From the NCBI GenBank assembly GCA_030141605.1, contig JAQGDQ010000287.1, positions 1-64,000 of the forward strand: 64,000 nt of DNA, in the 5' to 3' direction. A program made the translations under genes and the position numbers. The notes beneath the pieces are model-generated. The model was not told the DNA's origin and did no database searches. It saw only the letters and a list, made by a program, of their open reading frames with translations. The DNA is from Tubiluchus corallicola. Its lineage: Eukaryota; Animalia; Priapulida. Of this stretch, positions 39,701 to 53,200 are shown piece after piece; positions within the stretch are counted from its first letter, which is position 1; the number at the start of each line of letters is the position of its first letter.

Positions 39701-40620
39701 AAACAAACAAAATACAAAAGAATGAGTGCTGAATGTAAAGAATGGACAAATAAAAAACTAATGAATATAAATAATATCTGGGTCATTGGTTTTATGCTAA
39801 AAATAATTATCATCCGTCGTTTGAAAAAAGGAGAGAGAAAAGGAAATTTATAAAATCTGAGGTGTTGGCTATTGGTAGTGAAACAAAAATAGGTTTTTCT
39901 GTAATAGCAGTACGTTTAATGTTATACGAAAATATGGTCGTTTCATCTATAAAAAATAATAACTAACCTCATTCACACAGAAGTAGATATGTTAGAGAAT
40001 ATTCAGAGAGACGCATTATCAAAAGTCTTGTGCCAAAAAAGTAGTGCGCCATATAGGGGCATGCTAGCTGAAACACAGACATGGCCTATATGTTGTGTAG
40101 AATAGAATATAAAAAATTAATGTACTATCACTTATTAATGAATTCAAATGATGAAAGTTGGATAAGCACTTTCTAAGAGTAGTTTTATAAGTAACAATTT
40201 TAACAAAATTAATGTTGGTATTAGAAGTTATAGATAGTGATTAAATACATAATTGACCTAAGTGTAGATGACATAAATTCAGTCAAAAGGTCTAAATGAA
40301 AGAAGTACATAAAAACTGAAATTAATTTGTTTGTCAAAAATGAACTTAAAATTAAAACCGAGAACATGAAAAAATTAAGATTTTTAGACAACAACAGTTT
40401 TCAAAGACAAAACAATGTTTTAAAATGTTGTTTAGACGAGATGAAAGAAATTATGGCGATAAGGTTAAACATGATTGATCTAAAAGGAAATTTTTAAAAT
40501 TTGTATAAAGAAGATTAATTTTGAAAAGCTCATTTTGTCATTTTGCAGATGATACTACAGAACGTATGTTTGAATGTAGGTCAATATACGGGATTATCTG
40601 TGGAAGACATTAGTGATACC
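36790..40620 (+). mobile_element. Heavily decayed, internally deleted non-LTR retrotransposon (ORF1 + APE-RT)
   Basis: PHD-like CSNCTCWIHNKC (about 37075), CCCH-like relic (about 37840-37897), endonuclease motifs LKILYINIRGIKSK, LIYAPQE, GDF, IDY, SDHNTI, and RT YVDDI at 39569; many stops and frameshifts. Confidence 0.8.
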
Positions 40621-41281
40621 GGCATGAAAAGTTCGATGGTGCGTTACAGAGCTCTCAATCTTCGTAGCTAAAAGTGTAATGAAAGACGAGTAAACAGTAA
40701 TAGTTATTGTTGATAGGTGGAAAAGAAGAGATTTATGTGTACAAATTGAGCAAAATACGTGTTTTCGATCTTGCAAACTGGCACTTTTTATTGATGTCAG
40801 ATCGAATGCCGATTTAGTGAAGCGGATCGTGTGTATTCATGGTATTCACGGTATGAGCACCCTTTCTGTAGACTGAGTCGAGGCAAAGTATTTTGTGTAA
40901 ACAAAGTGTTATTCTTTCCTACAGGTGACACCACAGTGGAAACAGCGTGAACAGAATGTTTCGGATAGATAATTTATAAAGTTTTTGTTTCGTCTTCTGA
41001 ATTGTAAGATGTTGATGGTGTTTACTAGCAAGCAGGATGAGAACGCCAACTTCCTGGACGTAGAGAGTCTGTTTTTATAGTTTAGGATAATTGTTCAGTT
41101 AGCGATTTGGTGCAGCAAGTCGTATTGACAGAATACCGACTGTTAATAAAGTGTTATTGTTTTGAATAGCCTTCTACGAATTGCAAACGCTAACGTTTTT
41201 ACTAATTAAGTAATACAAGCACCAGTTTTAGGCGTTTAATTTAGCAGGGATTAAAGCACCCGCACAGCCTAACGAGTCACG

Positions 41282-44200
41282 ATGTCAGTCCTTATTGAGA
41301 CAACTATTGGTGACATGGTAGTGGATTTGTTTTGCGAAGAACGCCCTCGAAGTAAGTAAACCTAGGCAAAATACTATTTAATTACTGAATAGTAACTTAT
41401 TATATACAGGTTACATAGCACCTAAAAGTCTGTTATTTATTTCACTAGCACATTACTGATGCAGTGGTTGTGTTTAATCACAGTATACATTAAATTCAAT
41501 GGAATTTTGTAAATTATGAACTTTGCTTGTAGACTGAACAAATTAAACAAAAAACGTGAAACAACATCAGTAACACCATACGTAGCACAATCACATGCAG
41601 AGTCGACAAGAGGAAGCTCACTAGTATTCGGATTTCAGGTGGTTTCCTCTACCATCAGACTCGAATTAAGTGTGGCTCCAAATCCTTACTTTACTTTTTA
41701 CTTTTCTTTTACTTTCTACTTTTACTGTTTATTTGTTTTTACTTTTACTGTTTTTTGTTTGCTTTAGCCTAGGTTAGTTTTTTAGATGCTTTTTTGTAAA
41801 AGTCATGGCTCACTTGAATTTTTTACATCAAAGTCATCATTAAAGTGGGTCTAATAAGGCTGTGGTGCATTTTCGGAAATATTATGAAGTTTTGCAGATT
41901 GTGGTTAAAGCTGAAAAAGTAATCTTGTAATGAGCTAATTATTTTCTTGCATATTAAAGCCTGATTTGTACTGTATTGTCATCAAATCTTCTTCTGATTA
42001 CGAGTACATATTTGCGTCGTAGTAAGATGAAACTTAGATATTGTCTTTTTTCAGCCTGCCTGAATTTTCTGAAATTGTGTAAGCTGAAGTACTACAACTA
42101 CTGTCTATTTCATTCTGTTCAGGTAGGTTTTTACAACTTTCATCAGTAGCAATTACTAGGTCATAGAATTATGTAAAAAACAATTTCGCATTAGATGGTG
42201 TAGTCTCAAAGAGAATCAAATTTATACCATATGAGTTTAAGGCCATATAACAAGAGCTGCTGTCTGTAGATGTCAAATTGATTATACCACTAAGTTTTTT
42301 TTTCGGTTTTGGGTAGTAGCGTGTTACTATACTGTAATCAGATTACTTTCTACAGTAATGAGTAATCTAACCAATTACTTTGCATAGTCTTGCAATCAGA
42401 TTACCCGTTACTCTGGCAGTAACACTACTAAACCTGCGTTACGTATCCAAGAATAACATTTTAAACTTAGTGTGTTTTGATCATTTGGCTGCCTTCTTTT
42501 TATCTCTGCAACCCAAAGCAAGTGACACACCGTGGTTTATTACTTTGCTTACATGATGACCTCATTTGACATTCAGACTGACTGCTTGAGCTACTACGGC
42601 TGTAGCTGATTGTTTTATGCACTCATTGCTTAGTCACCTGTACAGTATACACGATACTGTAGGACATGTAGCCTAGTGCTTAAAGAGGTCAGGGCCTACA
42701 ACTCTTTGAGTAGTCCCTGACCCAGTAAAGTAACACAGCTGAACAGTTTTGCGTATGTACAATTGTTTTTCAATGGATACGGGTGACAAAGATCAGGCTT
42801 CATCGTCAATTAAGCAAGCAGGAGCTTTTGACAAATGACAATATGGCCATCATTTTGATTTTGTAAATGCATAAAAATTAAAAATAACAGTGCAGTGCAC
42901 CTTATGTGTGGGAAAAAACTGTTATCTACATCTAAAACCTTGTATGTTGTACTAAGTTTTATGACAACGTTATGACACACCAATTCTCTAATGTCACTAA
43001 AGCCACTGGCCAAAGCAGATGCACACTTTACACTAAACTTCACTCAAACTAATTCACAAAAGTAATGAGTAATCAGTAATGAGTCGTTTGATTACAATTT
43101 TTCAAAAGTAACTAGTAATCACAACAGATTGCTTTTCCAGAATAACGAACCCAACAATGTTTATCTTATACACGTATGTTGCAGTAATTCTGCACATGTT
43201 GTTATAAATTCATTGGTGATTAACACTGCTGAATTGTGATGAACACTGCTGTATTAAATTATGAGTCTTGGTGGCAACACAGAGTATATTAGATCATTGG
43301 TATTTTTCACAGTGATATACTGAATGGATTAGGGTGTGTCCACGCATGCCTTGCGACCTCTTTCCTCATATATTATGATGTGTTCATATACTGTCCCATG
43401 CTTATCAGTAGTTAAGTAACTCCATCATCATCATGTTTCATGTTCATTCGTCGGAGGACATGTATTATTAACATTCTGCTGCCAAGCTTCAGAATTAGAG
43501 ATATGAGACATGTACTTTGTTAATTGACTTGACAACTTTCATTGAAGTTAATATGTTCTGTGTGTGAACACTGCATTAGGGACAGTGGTGTAGCTAAATA
43601 GCAATTAAATGGTTATGAAAGTTAACCAGTGCAAGTATCATTGACATTTAGTGTAGTATGTACAAGTGTAAACATTACCTTCTTGGTTGTTTTCTTTTCA
43701 GCGAGGTTTTACAGCACAGACTGGTGACCCCTCAGGTACGGGACGTGAAGGAGCTTCAATGTACAGGTAAATGTTACAGTTTTAGATTCATTTCAGTAGA
43801 ATAATAATATGGACCAAACTGCTTATCTAATAGAGAGAAAATTATCTAAAAACAAAGCTTGCTAACCATAAACGTATACTTTTGGCACTTGTGCCACTTG
43901 CTTGTTAGTTGAAATAGTAATAATTTTGGTGTAAGTAGTATGAGGAAAACTGTTGGTGGTGGTGGCAGGTTCATGGTTCTGATGGTGGACTGACATAGTG
44001 GTGTACGGTATACTGTGCATTAAAACAATAATGGCTAGACTAGCCAGGCCAGTTCTTAAAAATGGTTAAAATTATGGTACCTATTTTTATGTTGATGATA
44101 AAAATTGCTTTTTATCTAATAAATTTGCATTGCCATCATTCAGATAACAATTAATTTGATGTAATTATAAGTATGTATTATAACAATTAATTCGTTGTAA

Positions 44201-47200
44201 TTATAAGTATGTATTATAACAATTAATTTGATGTAATTATAAGTATGTATTATAACAATTAATTTGATGTAATTATAAGTATGTATTATAACAATTAATT
44301 CGTTGTAATTATAAGTATGTATTATAACAATTAATTTGATGTAATTATAAGTATGTATTATAACAATTAATTTGATGTAATTATAAGTATGTATTGTGTA
44401 AATTTGTTTGTCTTAAGATAAAGAGAAAATAAGAAATTGATAGGCATTAAAATTGCTTTGTTTTTGTCTTTGCACATTGTAATCGATAATAAAGAGGTAA
44501 AACTGCAAAAAAAGTTAAAATGCACAGGTTGTAAAGCCACGAGCAGCAGCATTATAGGTGAATAAAGAACGGGTAATTCTTCTAAACTCACGGTCTTCTG
44601 ATTTAATATTTGCAATTAAATATTCACACTGTTTTTGCATTTTTTAGTTTGTTGTATGGCGACCAAGCTCGATTCTTTGAAGCTGAATTCACTCCAAAAT
44701 TGAAACACGAGAAAATGGGCACTTTGTCCATGGTAAACAATGGCAGCAATATGCATGGGTCCCAGGTGTGATTCTTATTTTAGCATTATGGTAGATTGCA
44801 TCAAGAGTTATAACTTTTAATTATTATTTTCAATGCTACTGTCATTAAAGGATTGCACCATTTATCAAAGTTCTTTCAGGCTTTCTGTTCATAGCCAGCT
44901 GTATACATGCTAGACTGTTGAATCATGTAACTGTTATGCACATGTCTGATATTTTCTTGATCTGACTTGAAAAATATTTTCAGTTTTTCTTTACGCTTGC
45001 CACGTCACTGGATTACCTGGATGGAGTTCACACCGTGTTCGGCGAAGTGGCAGAAGGTCTGGACATCCTGGAAAAGTTGGGAGAAACAATCGTCGATGAA
45101 AACTATCGTCCTTACATTGATATCAGGTATGTCATTTTAACATTTTCTAAATAAGCTGGTACTCAGTCAAGGGAGATCAAAGCTTGCGAGCATGTTATTT
45201 CTAATGGACGGGTTACTAATATCTTTTAGAACTATTGCTATAAACCATCTGATGCAATCATATTAATATGTAAATGATGGTTTGACTTGATTTAACATTT
45301 TATTATGTATCACTGTTTAAGAACTTTTGTAACTAGCAAGGTACATAATTAAAGTATCATAAATTTAGTTATTTGTTTTCTAAAGTTTTGTCATTTATAA
45401 ATGCCATTTATAACAGCTTAGGTAGTAGTAGTGCTAGGAAAAGAAGAAAAGTTCAGAAATCAGGACTGCCTACCTGCTTCAGAGCCTGTACAGCTTCTGC
45501 ACCTAGCCCCCTCGATCTTTGAAATTCATATATTGAGTATTTAACATATAATGGTTAAATTTTTATGTGTGTGATAGTACATATGGTGCATATTGTGGTT
45601 CAAGAATAATATGCAGCCAATATTTTACTTACTAATGTCAAGTCAAGGAAGCAAACACTAACATATAAGAAATGGGAGCTAGCGGTTATTACTTTTGCAA
45701 GTTTTTACTATTAACTAACACAACATTTAATTCAATAGAATCACCGTATCCACAAGGCTAATGACAAGGTTTACAAACTAATATTACATAAGTTAAAGCC
45801 AAGTTAAGAATTGAAATAGTTACTTTTTTCACGTTTTTTACAAAGTTTACAATTCCCCACATACAAGTAATTAGTTCCAGAAGCAGATTAGGGTTAGGAT
45901 TAGGGTTAGAGTTCGGGTATTTAAATTGTATGGGTAATTGTAAACTTCTTCTTTGAATTTAAATGAAATAGTGTGAGCATGTTGTTCCCATGTTTTCCTA
46001 CAGCACTCCATCATTGACTGCAAGAGTTGTATGTCAGTTTTCCATTCTGCTTAGCATGGAAATCAGGAAGTTGTTCGTATAAAATACTTTAATGAAAACT
46101 TTAATGAGTCGAATGTAAAAGTAAATCTTGTAGAAATAATCTCCCACCTGTTCTCTCCTTTTATAGAATAGAATAACTAACTTGTTGTTGTTGATAAGCG
46201 ATATCATTTTGTAATAATTCACGCGATCATACTCGATGATCCAACTGATCGTTGTTGATAAGTGATATCATTTTTTAGAATAAATCACACGATCATACTC
46301 GATGATCCAAAGGATCGTTGTTGATAAGTGATATCATTTTGTAGAATAAATCACACAATCATACTCGATGATCCAAAGGATCGTTGTTGATAAGTGATAT
46401 CATTTTGTAGAATAAATCACTGTCATATTCGATGATCCAAAGGATGGTTGTTGATAAGTGATATCATTTTGTAGAATAAATCACACAGTCATACTCGATG
46501 ATCCGAAGGATCTTTGTTGATAAGTGATATCATTTTGTAGAATAAATCACACAATCATACTCGATGATCCATTTGATGATCCAAAGGGATTACATTTCCC
46601 AGACCGTTCTCCAGAGCCGACCAGGGAGCAGCTTGAGGTAAATGATATTGTGATAATGTCAAGTAAGTTTCAGTTTCTATGAATTTTATATTTTTTACAC
46701 ATTTTTTTCTAATTTAAAATTATTTGAATTCGTTCCATTTGGCTTTTATGGTTTAAAAAGTGAACGGATTTGTGATTGGTCTATTATGAAGCTTGTAGTC
46801 ATTCACAATTATTTATATAGCACTATAAATTATTATTATTACTATTTATTATAATGTTATTATGTTATAGTAATTACCTGTCTAATTTACGTTTTATATC
46901 AAGCATTGATGAATGGTAAAAGCAAATATATAAACAATGATTTAACACTTAGAAATTATGTGTTAAAAATGTGGATTTCTCTAATGACTATGCAAAAATA
47001 CTCACTTTTTAAGTGTTTGCGCATTTTTTGGAAATTGCTAAACGTACTGACCTTTGTTCCAATTTGTAGATCTTTTCAAGCCTAGAAATCCAATTGTAGT
47101 TTTGTTTGTAATGTTAATTATCAGCTGCGTATTATTGTCTAAATCAGGGGTGTGCAAATTATCTGACTAGCCGGGCCACATTAAATTTTCCCGCAATTCC

Positions 47201-50200
47201 TGCGGGCCACAGGCAGTTTGATCATTAGTACAGAAAGGCCTAATAACAATTTTTTTGCATCCGACCTGCGTACATCATTACTACTACACTCAAGAAACTA
47301 TTTTAGAAGTTATTAAAATTTATATTACAAACCATATATTTCTACTTTCAGGACAGATAGTGGTAATTTCATTACAATGCATATTAGTAATGTGTATCAC
47401 ATATTAGTAATGTGTGACATTAAGCTACAACCGTCCTGTAAGGGTTAATGGCATCCGATCTAGTAGAAAAAACTACCCGCACTATCTTTGGGATCATGGC
47501 ACGGACTTCAGCTGGATACACTCAATTAATCACCCGGGCGCACTTTCATTAGGTTGACAAATCTCTTTGCGGGCCGCACAAATTCTCTCGGCGGGCCGCA
47601 AGTGGCCCGCGGGCCGCAATTTGCACACCCCTGGTCTAAATTATAGGCAAAAGTTCAAATTTGCAGAAACTGGTTCACGCGTAAACAAAATCTGCTGCAC
47701 CCAGCTCTGAAGTTCCAACTAATTTTTCTGTTGCAGTGAAACAACTAATGTAGTAGCAATTTGCAAATAAAAAAAATCAGTATATATTAAGTGGAATTTG
47801 GCTACCAGCCATACTTTTCTAGAACAAAAGAGAAATTGCCTTTTTTCGGCATATTGCAAAGCAAATTGTGTTAAACACTACTCGTATTTTTTGCAACATG
47901 GGAAATCCATTCACTTTACTTGTTAGTTCTGTGACTAGATAAGCTCTGTCACGTGATTTTGAAACTTATCTACGTTACCTTTATTGATATATGAATTCTG
48001 CCAGGTTTTCCTAGACACTCCTCTGCATTTGTTAAATGAGGACAGTATATTTAGCCTGATACCCTTTAAGTGTTAAAAGTAACAGTAACAACTTTTCCTT
48101 TTACTATAATGTCTGTTAGTTTTAATACCAAATGAATCGCAAATTCTTTGGCTGTAATTGTGGATTAGCAAATTTTCATAATTTTGCAGGCGGTTTAATA
48201 ACCCAAATCTTTAATACCACTTTGTAGCTTGTAAAAACTACTTACGGTTTCATGAAATTTATTCAGTTAGGATTAAGAGATTTTTAGGCTTTTAAATTAG
48301 ATGAGCCAAATGAACTAATTAGTTCATTTCGTAGAAAATATATCAAGTTTTGTTGCAGAATTTACTGCAAAAAACCATGTAGTGCAATTAAATAAATTTT
48401 GCAAGTAGCTGCAGCCAAGCTGAAATATAAGATCAAAAATTAATAACTGTATTCAATATGCAGAGCAAATGAGTGACTGTGGTCACCGTCTGCGATGAAA
48501 TATTTAATACCAAAAATATTCTGTATTGTTAACTGAATAAAATATTGTTCTAATTGGTCAGACAAAATATCTTTACAAGTTGATCTTTTTGGATACGCCC
48601 AATAATTTATTTACATTTTCGTTTTCTGTACAATATTATTGTATTTAATCTCACCACATTTATGCATTATTATTGTTATGGTAAATAGAACGAACTGAAC
48701 TGAATTGAACTGAAAATAGCAAAACATGAAATGAAATTGACACATGGAACGCCGTTCATTTTGTAAGACATTCTAAATCGCTAAACTGGCTTTCCAAGTA
48801 TAAGATTGGCGTAGCTTATAAGTTAATTTCTTTTGTTATATTGTGCTAAATGGATAAAAAAATAAATCTAAATCTAAATAAATCCTTGTGTTAGGAATCA
48901 CTGTTAACCACATTATGCATATTCTGTAAGAACTTTATTCCAATATTTTGTTTATGCTCAAACTGAATTTAAGTTTTCTAATTTTATTTGGCGTGGTGTT
49001 TAATTCGATTTTAATTGTTTTTTGCAGTCTGGCAGAATAGCTCCGGATGAGGAGATCGACGACACAAAGGGGAAGACAGTTGAGGAAGTTGAAGAACTCA
49101 TCCAAGACAAAGAGGAAAAGGCCAGAACACAGATTTTAGAAATGGTAATTTTTTTGTATTTTCATGCACATTGAACATTTTGTGGATAGAGAATCGATTT
49201 TTAAGCTTGGCATTATTTAGCTTCTGAAAGGTGGTGATTGAAATACGAGTTATTTAACCCAGGTCTTCGCTTCAAATCCCATCCATTCCACAATATTTCA
49301 GCCATCTTTCTTTCTTTAACTCGTTACCCTCAATGGGCAACAATTGTTAAAATAAACCGTAATGGTTTATAAACATCCTGGCAATCACAGTCATAATCTA
49401 ATTAATTAATTATACTTTGAGAGGTCTCATCAGAGATTCTAAAGCATTTAACAACCTTGAGCAGCTAAAGACCCATTAAACCCAAAAACTGATTAAGTTT
49501 GCAAACAGATTTGGAAACGTGATTGTACAGAATTAAAATAAATTTTCGTTTAAGCAGTTAAAAAAATCCCAGTTCTATTAAATTCTCACTTTATAATGTG
49601 GAATGTTTTCTGAACTGGCATTGATTAATCAAGGCTTTGCTGTCCAGGTGCCGACCCGAAACGCGTATTGAAAAACTTTCTCCTTAAGCTGAAATTTGGT
49701 TCGAGCTAAAATTTCAAGATTATTTTGGTTTGAGAATTTTTAGCATTTTATTTGAACTGAAACTGGAAGCATAAGCAAATTACAATAAGCTGCTGTTATG
49801 AGAATTTGGCATGACACTGCAATTCCCAAAACAATGGCGATTAATTATCATCCTTCCTAGTCGGTCTCACGTGCAAAGCATAAAACCAATGAAGCCAACA
49901 AGGTCTTACTGCCATTTCTGTTGAACTTTTATTGCAGTGATAACTTATTCAGTTCGAAAACCTTAAAATGCTAAAATTTTAATGGAAACGAAGTCGCTTG
50001 TATTAACGAGCTTCGTTAATTATTGATTTTTGTTTTGCTGGTTTAGGTTGGTGATATTCCCGATGCAGATGTGGCTCCGCCTGACAATGTCCTGTTTGTT
50101 TGTAAGCTGAATCCGGTTACCACTGATGAAGATTTGGAAATCATTTTCTCTAGATTTGGCAAAATAAACAGGTGCGTTGTGTCTTGATTTCATTTTTAAC

Positions 50201-53200
50201 TGTTAAGTTGTGGAATAAAAATAGTTAATTTGCGATATAATCTGTGGTTGTTGATTTGGTTTTAAACCTAAACAAACTGTACTTATACCATTGTACCTTT
50301 GTAGAACTTGCAAAACAAAAGTCTTCAAGGGGGTTTAAGTGGCTGTGAATCTTTAATAATCAGCCACATTTGACAATATGAAAGCACAAGATTAAATATT
50401 ATCACAATATTAATTTGTGTGTTTTCCTACAGAGAAATCAGGATACTATATTTTGCCACATTTGTCATTGATAAAACTACTTGCTGTATCAATGCGTTTT
50501 AGAGGCTCGTCGTATGTCTATTCTCATGTGAAATCTGTCTTTGTTTAGCTTTTGAATGATAAATTCGCACAACCTTTGTAGCACTTAGCACTACCTGAGG
50601 TAAAGTTTGCCTCTTCAGGATTAGGACTGGAGGAGGAGTGTGGGTTAGAACATGGATGAGCAAAAAATGCCACTACTTTGTCAGAATTTTCTAGCGCTCT
50701 TCAAGTTAGAGGTTCAAGTTGCTAACACGAAATTTTCTCATTTGTATGCTAATTTCAGAAACATTGAAGCAAAATTTGCCACTCATTCAATTTTAAAAAG
50801 TTTAAATTGTATTACTGTCAAGTTTTTGTGTGTCTGCATCAATTTTTGCTACAATTTTACTCATATTTTTATTAGGAAAACTTTTCAGACAGGATGCGCT
50901 CAAGAAATGACATTATTACTGCAGGTGCAGCGATGCATAATATCCTATAGAGGCATGAAGTCATTCGTATGCGAAGGATTTAGCAAATCTGTAGATTTAT
51001 GCAATTTTTTACAGTGAACCTGTATGTTGTCAGTTCAGTGGCGTGCAGAGATTTGCTGATGGCCCCTAGGCCAACTCCTTGATTGTATCCCCCTAAGACT
51101 CGAAGTAAGGGGTTGAAAAATAGGGTTGAAAAATGTGGGAAAAGAAGACATTTTAAATATATAAAACAGATGAAACATGTAATAAATATTTATTCAAATT
51201 AAATATAAATTGGGCCCTATTTATTAAGTTCGGTTCCCCAAATGAGATCTCCTGTTACAACGAAGTTAAAAGAGACAATTTCAGATTTAAAAAACTACAT
51301 TTTTATTTCACTCTTTGATTTGAAGCCCTCCCAATATGGATGTCCGGGGCCATCACACCCTCTAACCCCCTATCTGCACGTTACTGTATCACTTTTTCTT
51401 GGTCCTACATTCAGAAATCGCCCATTTCCTACTTTTTGTCATATAAAATGATGTTGGTCTCAAAAATCGTAATGAGCTCTTACCTTCATTCTGATTGGTA
51501 ACCAAGAAACTAATTTTAATTAAGTGAATAGAAAAGCTGCTGCTTTTTTGGAGTCTCAAGCCATCTGATTGGAGTAAATAACTATAGCTATCAGTGCAGA
51601 AAATTTTTACTAAAATGTATTAAGCAATGGTAGTCATGACTGACTTGGACTATAGAGTCAAAACCTGTATTATAATATATTCAGGTACAATAAAATAATT
51701 ATGTGTAAGCATTAGTAGGGATTAGGATTAATGTAGGTTAAATAAATAAGGTTAGTTAATATAATACATAATGTGTGACCTTATTAAAGGAAAAGCCAAG
51801 CTTTCTGGGAAGTCAGGCTTATTTCAATGTTTGCAAAAGTTGTTAGAAGGATTTAGTCATAAGTGTGATAATTACCGCTTGTAATTAGTAAAATCACTTT
51901 GGAGTCGCAATAATTTCATGTTTGGTTGATTATAATTTAGCCCCCCCACTTTCTCCTAACAATGACGCCGTTGTTTGGCAGTTTCCGCCAAAAATACAAG
52001 TTTCACAAAGAATTAGATAATATTTTTGCGTGAAGATTTCAAATTGTTAGAGTTAGAGCCAGCTAAGCTGCGGAAGTTTGAATTAGTTTAAGCAGCGCGT
52101 GTTTTTGGAAACCAAAAGCGAAAAGTCACGAAGTCCACCAGTTACATCAAAATTTTCAAGTGAATGGTGGCTTCCGCCACGCATGAGAATATCTGTACAG
52201 CAATAGTGTAAAATAACTTATACTTTACAGGCAATTTCTTTGTTATATTTTCCTAAGTTTATAGTGATAGCAGTAGATAAACTCAACATGCTGAGTGACT
52301 TGTTTTTTCCTTTAAAACGGGTACTCACAAATTATTAATTTTGTAGTGTTAGTGTTTTTTTAAGACTAGTATTCTTGCTTTTTAATTGAACTATGTGTAA
52401 TTTATAGTCATTTGTTTTCTTAAATTACTGTAACTCATCTAAAGAGTACACAGCTTACAAATGCGTATCTAATAAGAATGAGCTAAATGTTATTTGTTTC
52501 AGTTGTGAAGTTATAAGAGACTGGAAGAGTGGAGAATCTTTACAGTATGCCTTCATAGAGTTTGATAAGGTGAGGTTTTTTATGAATAATGATGTTCAAA
52601 AAACAAGCAGTGGCTAATGTTTCATTTCTCCACACACAAGAAATTAGTTCGTGAAACGGATTAGGGTCAGTGTTAGTGTTAGGGTGTTTAAATTGTATGG
52701 GGAATTATAAACTCCTTCCCAAGCTTAGCAGTCGTACCAGTTTTTTTATCAATGTGCAATTACTATGCATGCTGTTCTTTAAGCAATTACATTATTAGGC
52801 AGTAACTACTAGCTGCAAGAGTACTGCCATCTTTTTTGTAAGTTTTATATATGTTTTTAGGATTTGATGATTTGTTATTAAGCCAGTTGAGGTCCGAATA
52901 TGTGGCATAAAGAGCCTAGTTTTTTGCATTGCATATGTGCGTATGGTTCTGTCTAGAAAAAATCTTGACATTAGTGAACAGCCAGGACCTGATTATGACC
53001 TTTTCGTGTCCCTAGGCTATTGGAATTATGAGCCCCTTCAGACGGAGCTACCCTCTAACAACTTGCCTGCATCTGTCTTGAATATTACTTACTTGCAATA
53101 CATTTAGCGACATTTACATAGCTTGAAGTTAACTTGCTGTTGGTTTCACTCTATAAAGATGGAATTCCAAAAATTTTTATTTCAAGTTAAATGAATTACT

